Origin: the human T2T-CHM13v2.0 reference genome, Homo sapiens
Reading direction: 5' to 3' (one strand)
Length of the DNA: 64,000 nucleotides
Assembly (NCBI RefSeq): GCF_009914755.1
Contig: NC_060927.1
A program made the translations under genes and the position numbers. The notes beneath the pieces are model-generated. The model worked only from the letters and a program-made list of their open reading frames with translations, had not been told where the DNA came from and did not search any database. Shown here piece after piece: positions 14,691-32,004 of this stretch; the first letter of the stretch is position 1; every line of letters begins with the position of its first letter.

Positions 14691-15379
14691 AGAAATATTC
14701 TTTTGTCCTTCCTTGCTACTTGGGTGTGAAATCTGGGAAAAAAAATATAGACTAAGACATAAGAAGGAGTTGCAAGGGTTAAGTGAGTTATGATGCTTTA
14801 CAGAAAGGCTTTTGGATCCTGTTTGGCATGCAATTTTGGTGACCGTACATTTGGAGAACTATAAGATTAAGAATATATTTTTGGATTGGGAATTCCTAAT
14901 TTGTTTGCAAATGACTATGCTGGCCATTGAATCAGGCCAGCTTCTACAATAGAATTACAATAGGAACTTGAATTATAAATGGGATATTTATAGGTCTATA
15001 TGGAGAAGGAAGGATAGTACTAGTATTGAGGAAACAACTAATTTTGTGTTGCTGAAATACAGGTAATGTACAAATTCTCCATTATTACTGCCCTACCTTT
15101 AATACACAATATCTCAGTAATCACATATTTACTTTCTAGTGACTCCAGTCTGCTTCCACTGCAGAAGGTTTCCCCCTTAAGAAAACTGATTTCCTAACTA
15201 GTGCACTGTAGCTTTCTCTTTAAAGCTTCATACATATGAAGGATCAAAAGGAAGAAGCATTGCTTTCATTACTATGCAAAGGCCATGTTGTGTTTCAATC
15301 CTCAAAGTGTAGGAGCCAAGTTTTCTTTCTAGAAGTAATGGGGATAAGTTCTGTGTTTTGTTTTCACTCAGCCTGAAAG

Positions 15380-15870
15380 CAAATTCCACAAAAAGCAGAG
15401 CCTGAGAGCGTCTTATGTGAGATGATGTTATTGAGAAGTGCAATACCAGGAAGCAGCAGCGAGGGAAAAGGTGAGTGAAGCAAAGAAAAAACCAATTCCT
15501 GGACATGCTATTGATTTGGCTGCTGCTAAATGCAATTGATTGCAGATATACCAGCCACCACGGAGCTGCACAAACCCATCCCAAGGCAGTCTATGTTAAG
15601 AAGGGGCAGGATGAGTAAGAAGTACTTACCTTTTTTTTTTTTTTCACCATTTACCAAAATTTCACCCAAGATCTAGTACTTCTCACTTATGTCTTGTGGG
15701 TTATTAGCTAGGTTCTACTGTTTCTCAAGCCTTTCAATCAACAGGGTGGCCCTGAGGGCAGAAAGCAAGAGGTTCATGACATAGGGATGAAGCAAGATGC
15801 TACAGAATCCATGCAAAGCCAGTACACATGGCAGAGGTATAAACCGGAGAAAAATGAGGCCAGTAGCTTT
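15380..15870 (-). mobile_element. Old ERVL LTR (LTR16/LTR33-like)
   Basis: AAGCAGAGCCTGAGA...TTATTGAGAAGTGCAATACCAGGAAGCAG pattern. Confidence 0.5.
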
Positions 15871-15965
15871 GAAGTATCAAATAAGAGTTCTCAAAAGTGC
15901 AAATACTGCTTTTGAGGTTTGCTCCTCATTATACAATGAAATATTATAAATAATATTTTGCTGAT

Positions 15966-16366
15966 TGCTATAGCTTGGATATTTGTCTAAATCTCATGTT
16001 GAAATGTAATCCCTAATGTTGAAGGTGGGGCCTGGTGGGATGCGTTTGTGTCATGGGATAGGAACAGACCCCTCATGGCCTGGTGCTGTCATGGTAGTGA
16101 GCAAGTGCACATGAGATCTGGTTATTTTGAAGTGTGTGCTCTTGCTCCTCCACTCTTGCTCCCACTTTCACCATGTGACATGCCTGCTTCTGCTTTGCCT
16201 TCTGCTGTGAGTTAAATCCACCTGAGGCTTCCCCAGAAGTTGAGCAGATGCTGGCACCATGCTTCCTGTGCAGCCTACAGAATTATAAGCCAATTAAACC
16301 TCTTTCCTCTATAAATTACCCAGTCTCAGGTATTTCTTTATAGCAGTGCAAGAGTAGCCTAATACA
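15966..16366 (+). mobile_element. MSTB-like solo LTR
   Basis: TG...CA termini, AAATCTCATGTTGAAATGTAATCC, AATTAAACCTC, TSD CTGAT/GTGAT. Confidence 0.92.
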
Positions 16367-17786
16367 GTGATGTTTTATATGTAGCATACTCAAAATATGT
16401 TTACTTAAATCTTCACATCTCTTCACTGTTACAAAGTCCAGAAAGCAGTAATTGTCCAAAAATTGATTATTAATCTTTTTACTACCATTTTGTTGCTGAA
16501 TTGAGATAATTAATATTTATGAAGGATTATACAAAAATGCTAGTGACAGATTTCTGGAATTTAAATATTTCCTATGTAGATGTCTAGCACCAGACTGTCT
16601 TGATATCTACATAAAGATTTGAAGGAAATGTGGTTTAAGAATTTGTTTAACGGAAAGTATAATGGGATTTAATCGTAGTAGTTGGGTTGGTGGGTGGTTA
16701 TGCAAATAGTTTGCCATGAAGCAAAGATATTCAGACACCCACATGAAAAAGCTATTGATATTCAAATTAGAGTCCATATTCTCCTCAGTCTTTCTGCTAC
16801 AAGATATTCTGTAGTTTTTGCTGAATATTCAAAAATGAAAATAATTCATCTTTGGAAACAAGATTTCTACTTAAAGCCTCCACTTTCTAAAGCTTTCAGA
16901 GCAGCTTGTTTTCAAAAATACTTAAACAGATCCACAGATGGCAGGGATTTAACATTTTGGTAGACCACACGTAATTTCAATAGGAAACTTTTATGATGAT
17001 ATAACTCATTTTATATGTAGCATGCATGAACTTATTCTATATAACCTGGATGTGAGAAACACTGAATTGTTTTTTTTTAGATTAATTTAAACCTGGCTCT
17101 GAGACCCCATCATCCAAAAAAGCAGAATATCCATTATTACTCATGGTGCTCCTCAATGTTTGGTGTTGGGATAATAGGGAAATGCATGATCCTTTTGCTA
17201 TTGTCATAGCCATGGTTAGCTCCGCTGCTTCTGCTGTAAGCTGCCACTGTTGAATGCCAATTCTTTGCCTTTTATTTCTCAAAGACTAAGCCCAAAGGCA
17301 TAATTACTGGTACTTGCAAGATGTTAAAGCTAGACTCCTCATGCATTGGCCTGTATCTCTCCAGGTTATCCAGTCCGTTCTCTGGGTGGGAATAGAGTGT
17401 AAGTTCCTGTCAGCCATAAATCCTTTGACACTTTCAAAACTCTACCCTCTGGGAGTCCAATTCTCTTTTCAAGTCTACCACATAGATCCCTCTTACTCCC
17501 CAGGTACCTGTCCCTTTCTTCCCTTCACCTTTGGCAAAACTTCTGTTTAACTTATTCCTCAGAGACCTGTTAAAGATTTTTCAATTCAAATCCAGAGAAG
17601 TAGTTAATTTTCACTAAGTAGCAGAAAGGGGTAGGACATTATAAATTCACTGGAATCTTAACACTGTAGTCCCAGCTACTTGGGAAGCTGAGGAAGGATA
17701 ATTGCTTGAAACCGGGAGGCATATTTTATAGTCTAAAAGCAATTCTGTATACAGTAATTCTGTATATTCCCCATAAAAATGTTTGT

Positions 17787-18080
17787 GCCTGGCATGGCGG
17801 CTAACACCTGTAATCCCAGCACTTTGAGAGACCTAGGCAGGCAGATCGTTTGAGTTCAGGAGTTCAAGACTAGCTTGGCCAACGTGGTGAAACCCTGTCT
17901 CAACTAAAAATACAAAAATTAGCCAGGCGAGGTGACACATGCCTATAGTCCCAGCTACTAGGGAGACTGAGGCAGGAGGATAGCTTGAGTCCGGAAGGCG
18001 GATGTTGCAGTAAGCCAAGATTGTGCCACTGCACTCCAACCAGGGTGACAGAGTGAGGCTTCATCTCAAAAAATAAATAA
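17787..18080 (+). mobile_element. Alu (Jb/Sz-like), full length
   Basis: Complete dimer with A-tail; TSD AAAA(T)GTTTGTG. Confidence 0.93.
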
Positions 18081-19133
18081 AAAGTTTGTGAGCTAAATTT
18101 AATGTTGAATTATAGTAACTACTGTTAATGAATTTTCCATAACTTTCTTTCTTTCAAATTAGTTCCTTCTTTCAAATTATTTTGATATTTTGTCTTACTA
18201 TATAACGTGTATTTTATGGGAAGATGCTTCTATTCTTTCTGTAACAGTATGGAGTATGAGGAAGGAAAGATTGCTTAAAAATGTTTTAAAAATAATGGTA
18301 CAACTCTCATATTCTGAGATACTTCTCTTAAAGGAAGCCTTTGGTAAATTTTCTTAAAATGTCAATGACCATTTATTTTATTTTCTACTCGGTAATTTTT
18401 GCTTTCCATATCCAGTATAGACTTACACATGATCTTTGCATCATGTACATGAAATGATTGCATGAAACTACACTAAGACTAGTGGGACATCCCGCACTAT
18501 GGTGTGAAACAGCATTAGGTAAAGTATATTTTTGACTTATTTATACACACACATTCAAGTTCTGCTAAACAGAAGTGCATTTTCTTATAAAATCCAAACT
18601 CCAAAATGTGATATTTTTCAACTGAAGGAGAATCATTCAGTATCAAAGAAATGAGTAATCACCAATGAGGACATGGACCACAGACAGGGACACAGAAAGT
18701 TCATGGTAGAAAAACAAGGATTTCCATAGTCATCACAAACAGCACATTACATAGGCACAGCCATTAAAGTCAGGGCTTATAGAAAAACAAACAAAAGCTC
18801 CTATATAAATAACATTTTTTTCTATAGAATAAAATCTGAGATATTGGCTTACTAGATAAAAGCTGACCTATATCCATCCACCCAACCATCTTTACCTTAA
18901 TCTTATTCACTGAGATTAAAAGTCAGAGATATATAAATTGTTTAAGTAAACACAGCTAGATGTTGACTGATGGAATAAGGATTTAGCCTGGAGTGTTTTT
19001 ACTGTAAATAGTATGCCCTTCCATTTGTGAGATGTGGAAGAGGGAACATTTTCTTAGTTCTGATATTACTGCAGCATCTCTTCAAATATTACAGTTTAAG
19101 TGAAAGTTTGAGGTGGAAACTAACCTCTACAGC

Positions 19134-19556
19134 TGTATTATGCCATTCTTGAATTGCCATAAAGAAATACCTGAGACTGGGTAATTTATAGGAAAAGAGG
19201 TTTAACTGGCTCATGGTTCTGCAGGTTGTACAGAAGCACAGCAGCATCTGCTTCTGGGGAGACCTTAGAGAGCTTTTTACTCAGGGCAGGAGGCAAAACG
19301 GGAGCAGACACTTCATATGGGGAAGCAGGAGTGAGAGAAAGAGACTGTGGCAGGGAGCTGCCACACACTTAAAAATGACCAGATCTCAGGAGTAACTCAC
19401 TGACTAGGAGAACAGCACCAAGGGGATAATGCTAAACCATTCACGAGAAGTCCACCGTAATCCAATCCCCTCCCACCAGGCCCTACCTCCAACATTGGGG
19501 ATTACAGTTTAACATGAGATTTGGATTGGGTGGTAACAAATATACAAACTATGTCA
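19134..19556 (-). mobile_element. MSTA/B solo LTR
   Basis: ATAAAGAAATACCTGAGACTGGGTAATTTATA...; perfect 5-bp TSD ACAGC. Confidence 0.94.
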
Positions 19557-19805
19557 ACAGCCAAGGTTAAATTATACATGAGTAATCTTATTTTCATTGG
19601 CATCTGGGTTTAGCTCATAATTGAGAAGGGAGAAAACCTTTTGTCTTCTTATCAGATGATAAATGGCTGGCCTATCAAATATAGTTAGGTAAAGAAAGGA
19701 TAAAGCACATGAGGAAAACACATACGAAAAAACTCACAACAGTGGTGGATCTAAGGGGTGAAATTTATTGCAAACAGTAATATTTTTCTGATTAATCACT
19801 AGGAT

Positions 19806-19806
19806 T

Positions 19807-19849
<43 letters not shown>

Positions 19850-20142
19850 TTATTTATTTGGATGGAGTCTCACTCTGTCACCCAGGCTGGAGTGCAGTGG
19901 CACAGTCTCAACTCACTGCAACATCCGCCTCCTGGGTTCAAGTGATTTTCCTGCTCAGTCTCTCAAGTAGCTGGGATTACAGGCACCCGCCACCACACCT
20001 GGCTAGCTTTTTGTATTTTTTAGTAGAGATGGGGTTTTACCGTGTTGGCCAGGCTGGTCTCAAACTCCTGACCACAGGTGATCTGCCTGCCTTGGTCTCC
20101 CATAATGCTGGCATTACAGGTGTGAGCCACCACACCCAGTCA
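19806..20142 (-). mobile_element. AluSx-like with (TTTA)n tail
   Basis: Full dimer with tetranucleotide tail at 19806-19858. Confidence 0.94.
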
Positions 20143-20549
20143 TCATGAGGATTTAGAGGACTACCTTTCATAATCTAAAAGCAACATGCAAAAAGCTCTC
20201 ACTAAACACATCTACTTATTTTAAATCTTTTACTTTTAGAAATTTAACTAAATGAAACTTGAATTCAATCAATTTAAGCTGTTCAGTTTGGTTTTGTTCA
20301 CTTACAGTTTCCATCTGGGATTGGAAATATATGCTGCCAAAGGAGGCCTAGGAAGGCGGCTTGTATGAGTTTCCCATCTGGAATCTCTGATACCAGGCCA
20401 GCAATCTCCTGAGATACCTTATATTGGGTCACAGCCAGATTTAGGGTTGTTATTTTGAGTATTTAATGTTAGTATGAAACCAACATGAAACTAATGTGAG
20501 GCATAGAGCATCCATAAAGAAGATAAGTTCTTCTCCAGTAGGTAAGCAA

Positions 20550-20752
20550 TAGTAACTAACAGCACAATCTTTGGAATCAGACGTTTGTCGCTTAGATTTA
20601 ACCACTTAGATATTTGGCCTAAGGCAAATTATTTAATTCTTCTAACCCTCAAGTTCATCATATGCATTTATTATACGGATTATGGAAGGAAATATAAGTA
20701 AGGCACTTACCATATTACCTATTAACTAATAAAAGCTCAATAAATGATATTT
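20550..20752 (+). mobile_element. MIR
   Basis: CTTTGGAATCAGAC...GGCAAATTATTTAATTCTTCT...GCTCAATAAATG. Confidence 0.65.
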
Positions 20753-21962
20753 GTACACATGATATCTCACTTTTAATGCCAACGGAAAGCATGCAATATA
20801 GTATCATTAACCGTAGACACAACGTTGCACAGCATATCTCTAGAACTTATTCATCTTGCATAACTGGAGCTTCATACCCATTGAACAGCAACTCCCATTT
20901 CCCCCTGTCCCCCAAGCTGTTTAAACCCCCATTCTTCTTTCTCTTTCTGTGAGTTTGACTATTTTAGATGTCTCATACACATGGAATCATGCAGTATTTG
21001 TTCTTCGGTAACTCATATATTTCATGAGTGTAATGTCCTTCAGTTTCATCCATGTTGTTTTATATGCCAAGATTTTCTCATATTTGTTGCTGAATAAGAT
21101 CCCACTGAATGTATATACAACATTTTCTTTATTAGGTTGTTTCCTTATCTTGGGTATTATGAATAATGCTGCATTGAACATAGGAGTTAGATATCTCTTC
21201 AAGATCCCGATTTCAACTTTATTGGACATGTATCCAGAATTTGGATTGTTGGATTATATGGTAATTCTCTTTTAAATTTTTGGTTGTATTTCCATACTGC
21301 TTTCCATAGCAGCTGCATCATTTTACATTCCCACAAACAGGATACAACATTCTCATTTCTCCACATCTTTGCCAACACTTGTTTTCTTTGTTCGTAGAGC
21401 AGTCATCCTAAGAGATGTGAGGTGATGTGTCGTTGTTTTGATTTGAATTTCCCTAATGAATACTGATGTTGAGTATCTTCTCATATATCTTTTGGTTGTT
21501 TGTATGTTTTTGGAAAGATGTCTATCCAAGTCTTTTGCCAATTTTTAAATAACGTTTTTGGGAATTCTTTTGCTATTGAGTTATATGAGTTTCTTACATA
21601 TTTTGGAGATTAACTCCTAATCAGATACATTGTTTGCAAGTACTTTCTACCATTACTTAGTTTGCCTTTTCACTCTGTTGAATGATTACTTTTCTGGGCA
21701 GAAGTTTTCACATATGTTTTCTTCTAAGAGCTTCAGAGTTTCAAGTCTTACTTTAAGTCTTTAATCAATTTTAGTTGATTTTTGTGTATATTGTAAGATT
21801 GGAGTTTAATTTTATTCTTTTGCATTAAGTTTTCTCAGTACCATTTGTTGAAGAGCCTATCCTTTACCCACTTGCTATTCTTCACACCCTTGTAGAAGAT
21901 TAGCTGACCATATATGCATGATTTTATTTCCAGGCTTTCTACTCTTTTCCATTGGTCAGTCA

Positions 21963-21963
21963 G

Positions 21964-22008
<45 letters not shown>
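21963..22008. repeat. (TCTA)n tetranucleotide microsatellite, ~11 copies
   Basis: Read directly from the sequence. Confidence 0.97.
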
Positions 22009-22221
22009 ATTTTACATCAGTACCATATTGTTTTAATTGCTGTAGTTTATTTTTATATTTTGAAATCATGAAGTGTGATGATTTTATCTTTGTTATTTTT
22101 CTCAAGATTGCTTTGGCTATTCAGGGTCTTTTGTGGATCTACAAAATTGTTTTGAACAGACAAAAAATGTATTGGATATAGAATATATTATCAGCGCAAC
22201 TAACAAGCTTGATCTAACAGG

Positions 22222-22393
22222 TACTGGGCCAATTTCAGCCCGCCACTTGTTTTTGTAAATAAAGTTTTACTGGAATACATCTCCATTTATTTACTTATTG
22301 TCTATGGCTTTTGTCTATAGTTACTTCTGCTTTACAACGGCAGCTTGAGTAACCGTGACAGAGACTGTATGGCCTGCAAAGCTAAAAATATTT
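22222..22393 (+). mobile_element. MER58A (hAT-Charlie) fragment
   Basis: GTTTTTGTAAATAAAGTTTTACTGGAA...GTGACAGAGACTGTATGGCCTGCAAAGCTAAAAATATTT. Confidence 0.85.
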
Positions 22394-22905
22394 TTTGTTT
22401 GTTTTTGTTTAATTTTTTATTTCCATAGGTTTTGGGGGAACAGGTCATATTTGGTTACATGAGTAAGTTCTTTAGTAGTAATTGTGAGATTTTGGTGCAA
22501 CTGTCACCAAGCAGTATTCATTGAACCCAATTTGTAGTCTTTATCCCTCACCTCCCTCCCACCCTTTCACCCTAGTCCCCCAAGTCCATTATATCATTCT
22601 TATGCCTTTGCATCCTCATAGCTTAACTCCCACTTACGAGTGAGAACATACTATGTTTGGCTTTCCATTCCTGAGTTACTTCACCTAGAATAATAGTCTC
22701 CAGTTCCTCCATCCAGGTTGCTGTGAATGCCATTAATTCTTTCCTTTTTATGGTTAAGTGGCATTCCATTGTACATACATATCACAATTTCTTTATCTGC
22801 TTGTTGATTGATGGGCATTTGGGCTAGATTTTGCAATTGTGAATTGTGCTGCTATAAACATGCATGTGCAAGTATATTTTTTGTATAATGACTTCTTTTC
22901 CTATG
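22394..22905 (-). mobile_element. L1PB1 3' end
   Basis: TTTCCATAGGTTTTGGGGGAACAGG...GGTTACATGAGTAAGTTCTTTAG...CTTATGCCTTTGCATCCTCATAGCTT. Confidence 0.9.
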
Positions 22906-23125
22906 TGCATCATGAATATTGGCCTCTAGTTTTATTTTCTTACAGTGTCTGTTTGGTTTTGGTATCAGGGTAAGACTAGCTGCATAAAATGAGTTTGGAA
23001 GTAGTCTCTCTTCCCTAATTATTTTGGAAGGGTTTGAGAAGGATTGTTGTTAATTGTTCATTATGTGTTTGGTAGAATTCCCCAGTGAAGCCTTCTGGGC
23101 TTGGGCTTTTCTTTGTTATTTTTGA

Positions 23126-23446
<321 letters not shown>

Positions 23447-26400
23447 TCACATTCTGTATTATTATTCTTTTCAGATTTACTGTTTCTTCATAATTCAGTG
23501 TTGATAGGTTATATGTTGCTAGGGCTTTTACCATTGCTTCTAGGTTATCCAATTCATTGGCCTATAATTATTTATACTGGTCACTTATGATCTCTTTTTA
23601 TTTCTATGGCATCAGTTGCAACATTTCTTCTTTCATTATTTATTTTATATTTTTGAGTCTTCTCTTTTTTATTTTTAGTCTAGCCAAAGGATTATCAATT
23701 GGTTTATAATTTTTTAAAAAACTTATTTTTGTGGATTTTTCTACTGTTTTTCTAATCTATTTTTTTATTTCAATTGTAATCTTTATTATTTACTCTCTTA
23801 TGCTATTGGACTTAGTTTGTCATTTTACATCTAGTTTCTTGAAGTATAAGAGTAGATTGTTTGAGATCTTTCCTCCTCTTTAAATGTAGGCATTTATCAC
23901 CATAAATTTCAACCTCAGTATTGCTTTTGCTGCATCCCATAAGTTTATGTTCTGTTTTCATTTTTGTTTCTCTACAGATATTTTCGATATTCCCTTTGAA
24001 TTTCTTTGTTTTAGCCCATTGGTTATTTAATATATGTTTTTAAAATTTCTACATACTTATAAAATTTTAAATGTTTCTTCTGTTATTGATTCCTAGTTTC
24101 ATTCGATTGTGTTCAAAAAATATAGTTAGAATAATTTAAAAATACTTAAATTGTTGTGATTCATTTTGTAAACTAGCAGGTAATTTATCCTGGAGAATAT
24201 TCCCTGTGCACTTGAGAAGAAAATGTATTCTGCTGCTGTTGGGTAGAGCATTTTCTATGTGTATGTTATGTCCATTTGGTCTATGCTATTCTTTCAAGTT
24301 CACTGTTTGCATATTGGTTTTCTATCTGGATATTTGGTCCATAATAGAACGTGAGGTACTGAAGATTCCTAGGATTATTGTAATGCTGTCTATTCCTACC
24401 TTCAGATCTGTCAATCTTTGATTTATAAATTTAATTACTCTGATTTCGAGTCACCTGTATTTATAATTGTTGTATTTTCCCATTGAATCGAATCTTTTAT
24501 CATTATATAATAACCTTCTCTTTACTCTGAGCCTATGTGTGTCCTTAAATCTAAACTGAGTATCTTGTAGACCGTATACAGTTGGATTTTTAAATTATTT
24601 CAATCACTTTATCTCTTTTGGTTGGGAATTTAAACCATTTGCATTAAAAGTAATTGTTGATGGGTAAAAACTTACTATTACCATTGTGTTACTTTCTTTA
24701 TGCCTGGCTTATAGTTCTTTTGTTCTTTTTTGCTTTATTTGTCTTAATTTGTGATCTTTGGGGCTTTCGTAGTCTTATACTTTGATTTTTCTCTTTTTTG
24801 TTTGAATTTTCTGTAGGTTTTGTTTGTTTTTGTAATTACCACGAGGCTTACATCAAATATAGTTACAACAGTGTATTTTAAACTGATAAAAAGTTAAGTT
24901 TCATTGCATAGAAAAACCGTTCATTTTTAGTTCCCCCGCAATGCACACACACTTTATGTTACTGATATCACTATTAGATATTTTTAGATTGTGTATCCAT
25001 TTCATATATTTCTGTAGTTACAGTTATTCTTCATACTTTTTGTATTTTAACTTTATCACTATTATAGTATTCTGTTCTGTCTATATATTTGTCTTTACTA
25101 GTGAGGTTTATATTTTCATGTTACTGCTTGGCAACCTTTCATTTCAACTCGAGGAGCTTCCTTTAACATTTCTTGTGAGACAATTCTAGTGGCGATGTAC
25201 TCCCTCAGTTTTGGTTCTCTGGCAATATTTTTATCTTTCTTTCATTTTGGAAGGAAAGTTTTGCCAGGTTCAATATTATCGGTTGGCAGGTCCTGCCCAC
25301 CCCTAGGACTTTAAATATATCATTTTACTTTCTTATGACCTACATGATATCTGCTGAAGAATTTGCTAATAGGGTTATAGATGTTCCCTTGTATGTGATG
25401 AGTCATTTTCTTCTTCTTATTTTTCTCTTTGACTTTGGCTATTGGCATTTGAATATACTATACCTTGGGGTAGAGTTCTTTGGGTTCATTCTATTTGTGT
25501 CCTTTTGAACTCTGGGATTTTCATGCCCATTTCCCTCCCTAGATTTGGGAAGTTTTTGACCATTACTTCTTTTTAAAAAATTGCTGCTCCTTACTCATTC
25601 TCTTCTCCTTCTGATTCTTCCAAAATGTGTATATTGGTTCACTTGATGATATCCTCTAAGTTCCTTAAACTTTCTGCATTCTCTGTTTTCTTTTTCTTCT
25701 GCTGACTAGATAATGTCAAGGCACCTGGTGTGAAGCTCACTAATTCTTTTGCTCGATCATTTCTGCCCTTGAATCCCTCTATTGAATTTTTTCATTTCTG
25801 ATATTTATTCCTCAGCTCCCTAATTTCTGTTTGGTTCTTATTTATCTTTTCTTTTTGTTAATATTCTTCTTCTGTTTATGTATTATCTTCCCAGTTTCAT
25901 TTAGTTGTCTATGTTCTTCTGTAACTCACTGAGCTACTTTAAGGTTATTATTTTTAATTCTTTGACAGGCAATTCATGGGGCTTCACTTCTTTAGGGTCA
26001 GCTAGTGAAGATTTATTTTGTTCTTTGCTTATGTCATGTTTCTGTTTCTTTCTATTCCCTGTAGCTTTGCTTTGGTGTCTGTGCATTTGCATAAGCAGCC
26101 ACCTTTCCCAGTCTTAACAAAGTGTTTTCAATAGTGAAAACCTTCACCAATAAGCCTGGGTAGAGATTCTGAGGGTCTCTCAAACAGCAAGCTATGCACC
26201 CCTATTCCATTTTTCTTAGCAAGCCTCACCAAATGGTGTCAATTCTGTCAGTGGTCCGTGTGGGTTGAGTCAAAAGCTGGCCCCTCAGGCAACACACGGA
26301 GAGGCCAGGGCATTGGAGGTAAGCTTTACTCTTCTCCCTTCGGCCTTGGTAAGGCCTCAGTTTCTGCCCTTTTTCTCAATCTTGCAGAGCTGTGCCAGCT

Positions 26401-28341
26401 CTGAACTATGCCAGTTTCACAGGTGTTCGTGAGGCAAGACAGAAACCAGCCTCTCAGGCAGTGCACAAAAAGGTCAGAGATATTTCATGGGCACGCCGAT
26501 CTCTCTTTCCCCTGAGAGAGAAATTGCAGACTGAGACAATCTCCCTCAGCACTGAACTGTGCCAGTTCGGGGAAAGGTTAACACGGGTAAAGTGAAATTG
26601 TTCTTACTCATTTCAATGTGATTGTTCTCAGTTTTGTGCTTGGTTAGAGTACTACAATCTCTTAATTTGATTTTAGACTTCTTGTAACTGTACTTTGATC
26701 TGCATATCATTGTTACATCAATATTTCTGTGGAGAATGAAGACTAGGACTTCCTATTCTGCCTTCTAACTGGTGTCATTTAATCATCAATTTTTTAATGG
26801 ACTCTTTTCCCCTTCTGGAAATTACGTAACCCTAAGTAATATGAACATATGGAGAGGTCTTAAGTCTTGGGTTACTTTTGTTAGTATTAGTGCATTATTT
26901 GGTTTATTAGACATTGTGTTCTTGGTGGAGTGTGACAATGACCTTCATGGTTTGCATTTATATAACATACAGGGGTCCTCAACTGTCCTCCAGTGCTGTA
27001 GTCCTTTGACCATAGCTTCTAAAGGAACACATGATTATTTTCTATCAAGCTGTTAAGAAAAGAACACCTAACCAGTTTCTGGGGTTACTCTGCTCTTGTA
27101 CAGTCCCCAGGCCTTCCATGTAGATAATTCAACCTAATTTATTCAAAGGCCTAACCCTCCAAAAGACTGACTGTGCATGGTGAGAATAGATTTAGATCAG
27201 CTCCACCTTCAGCTTGGAGACAAGAAGTGCAAAATAACTACCAGTTATTTCTAGTGAGGAAAATAGCCTGGAGCTAGATAATCCAAGGCCTACTTAATCT
27301 CTGTTCCTGGAGGGAAGAGGATAGAAGAAATGAGAAATGTTTTAGTTTTTCTTTGTTGAGATAATATTAGTTAAATAATAAATAAATAGCAAACTTTTCA
27401 AGTGATACTGCATGATACTATGTTAGAAACTTGTGTTGAAGCAATACTTCAGAAAGTTTTATATACCAAGTTAAAAAAAACAAAGTGTTTATCTCCGTAG
27501 GCAATCAAAGCATAATCAGTTTTTCTGAGCAAGGAACTCATATAACTAGATTTGCATTTTTTATTTAAAACATTGGCACCAACGTCAACCATGGTTTAGA
27601 AGGGTAGCCGACTGAAGTCAGGTGTTTATGAAAGGGTTTGCAAATGACAATGGAGAAAGTAGTTTTAAGGAAAATGGGGGCTTTTTCCTGGGTGATTGAA
27701 ATAATATTTATAATATTAACTGAGCTAAGAAATGCTGTACAAGCTAGGAGTCATTAGTCAGGGAGTTTGGCTTTTTGAGCTGTCAATCCTGTGTGTTTCT
27801 ATCACTTAAAAATTGGCCTGCAGATGGTAGCCAGTATTATTATTTTTTAACATTTATTGAGTATTGACAGTGTGTTAAGCCTCATGTGGAACATTGGAAA
27901 GGCGTACATATCTATGCACATTCCCACTCCCACCTCCGTCTGCTCCTTCATTTTGTTATTGTCATAATTTATTGGCACTTGTAAGTTGCTCACTGATTTG
28001 TTATTCACTTATTAATTACAACTACAAGATAAATAGTAAAAAAATTTAAGACATTTTAGAAGTGCATTCATTTATCATTTAAAGCTTGATAGGAGATGGA
28101 TATATGACAATTGCTTAAAATTCTGTTCAAATATGGGTTGTATGTATTTAGTATACATGTACTAAATGCTTTGCGGTTTTACAAATAGCTTTACATTTGT
28201 AAACATAGCTTATCTTGAGCTTAATAAATATAGAAAATTACTGTGTTATAGCAACATATTTAAAAATCACAGAAAAGTCCACATAATAATATTACAAATA
28301 TCAGTGCTTTGACACACAGAGACACACACAAATACAAGTAG

Positions 28342-28676
<335 letters not shown>

Positions 28677-28739
28677 TAGTTTTTAATTAAATAAAAAATA
28701 ATTATAGATACATTTAAAATAAATTCAAAATTCAATTTC

Positions 28740-31790
<3,051 letters not shown>

Positions 31791-32004
31791 TATAGTTAAA
31801 ATAAAAACATGTACAACATAATTATATATGATTAAGTAACTATTATATATTATGTAATATATGTGATGCATTATTTATAGTTTATAAGTTATGTAAACAT
31901 TTAAAAAGTTATATTAATATAATTATATGTAATTTGTACATGTATCCAATTATATGTAATTGTGTTGTACATATATGTTAACCACTACTATCAATCTGCT
32001 TAAT

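Noticed and set aside
17082-17282. 66-aa minus-strand ORF with protein-like composition
   Set aside because: No recognisable homology or splice context; possibly an old ERV or LINE remnant.
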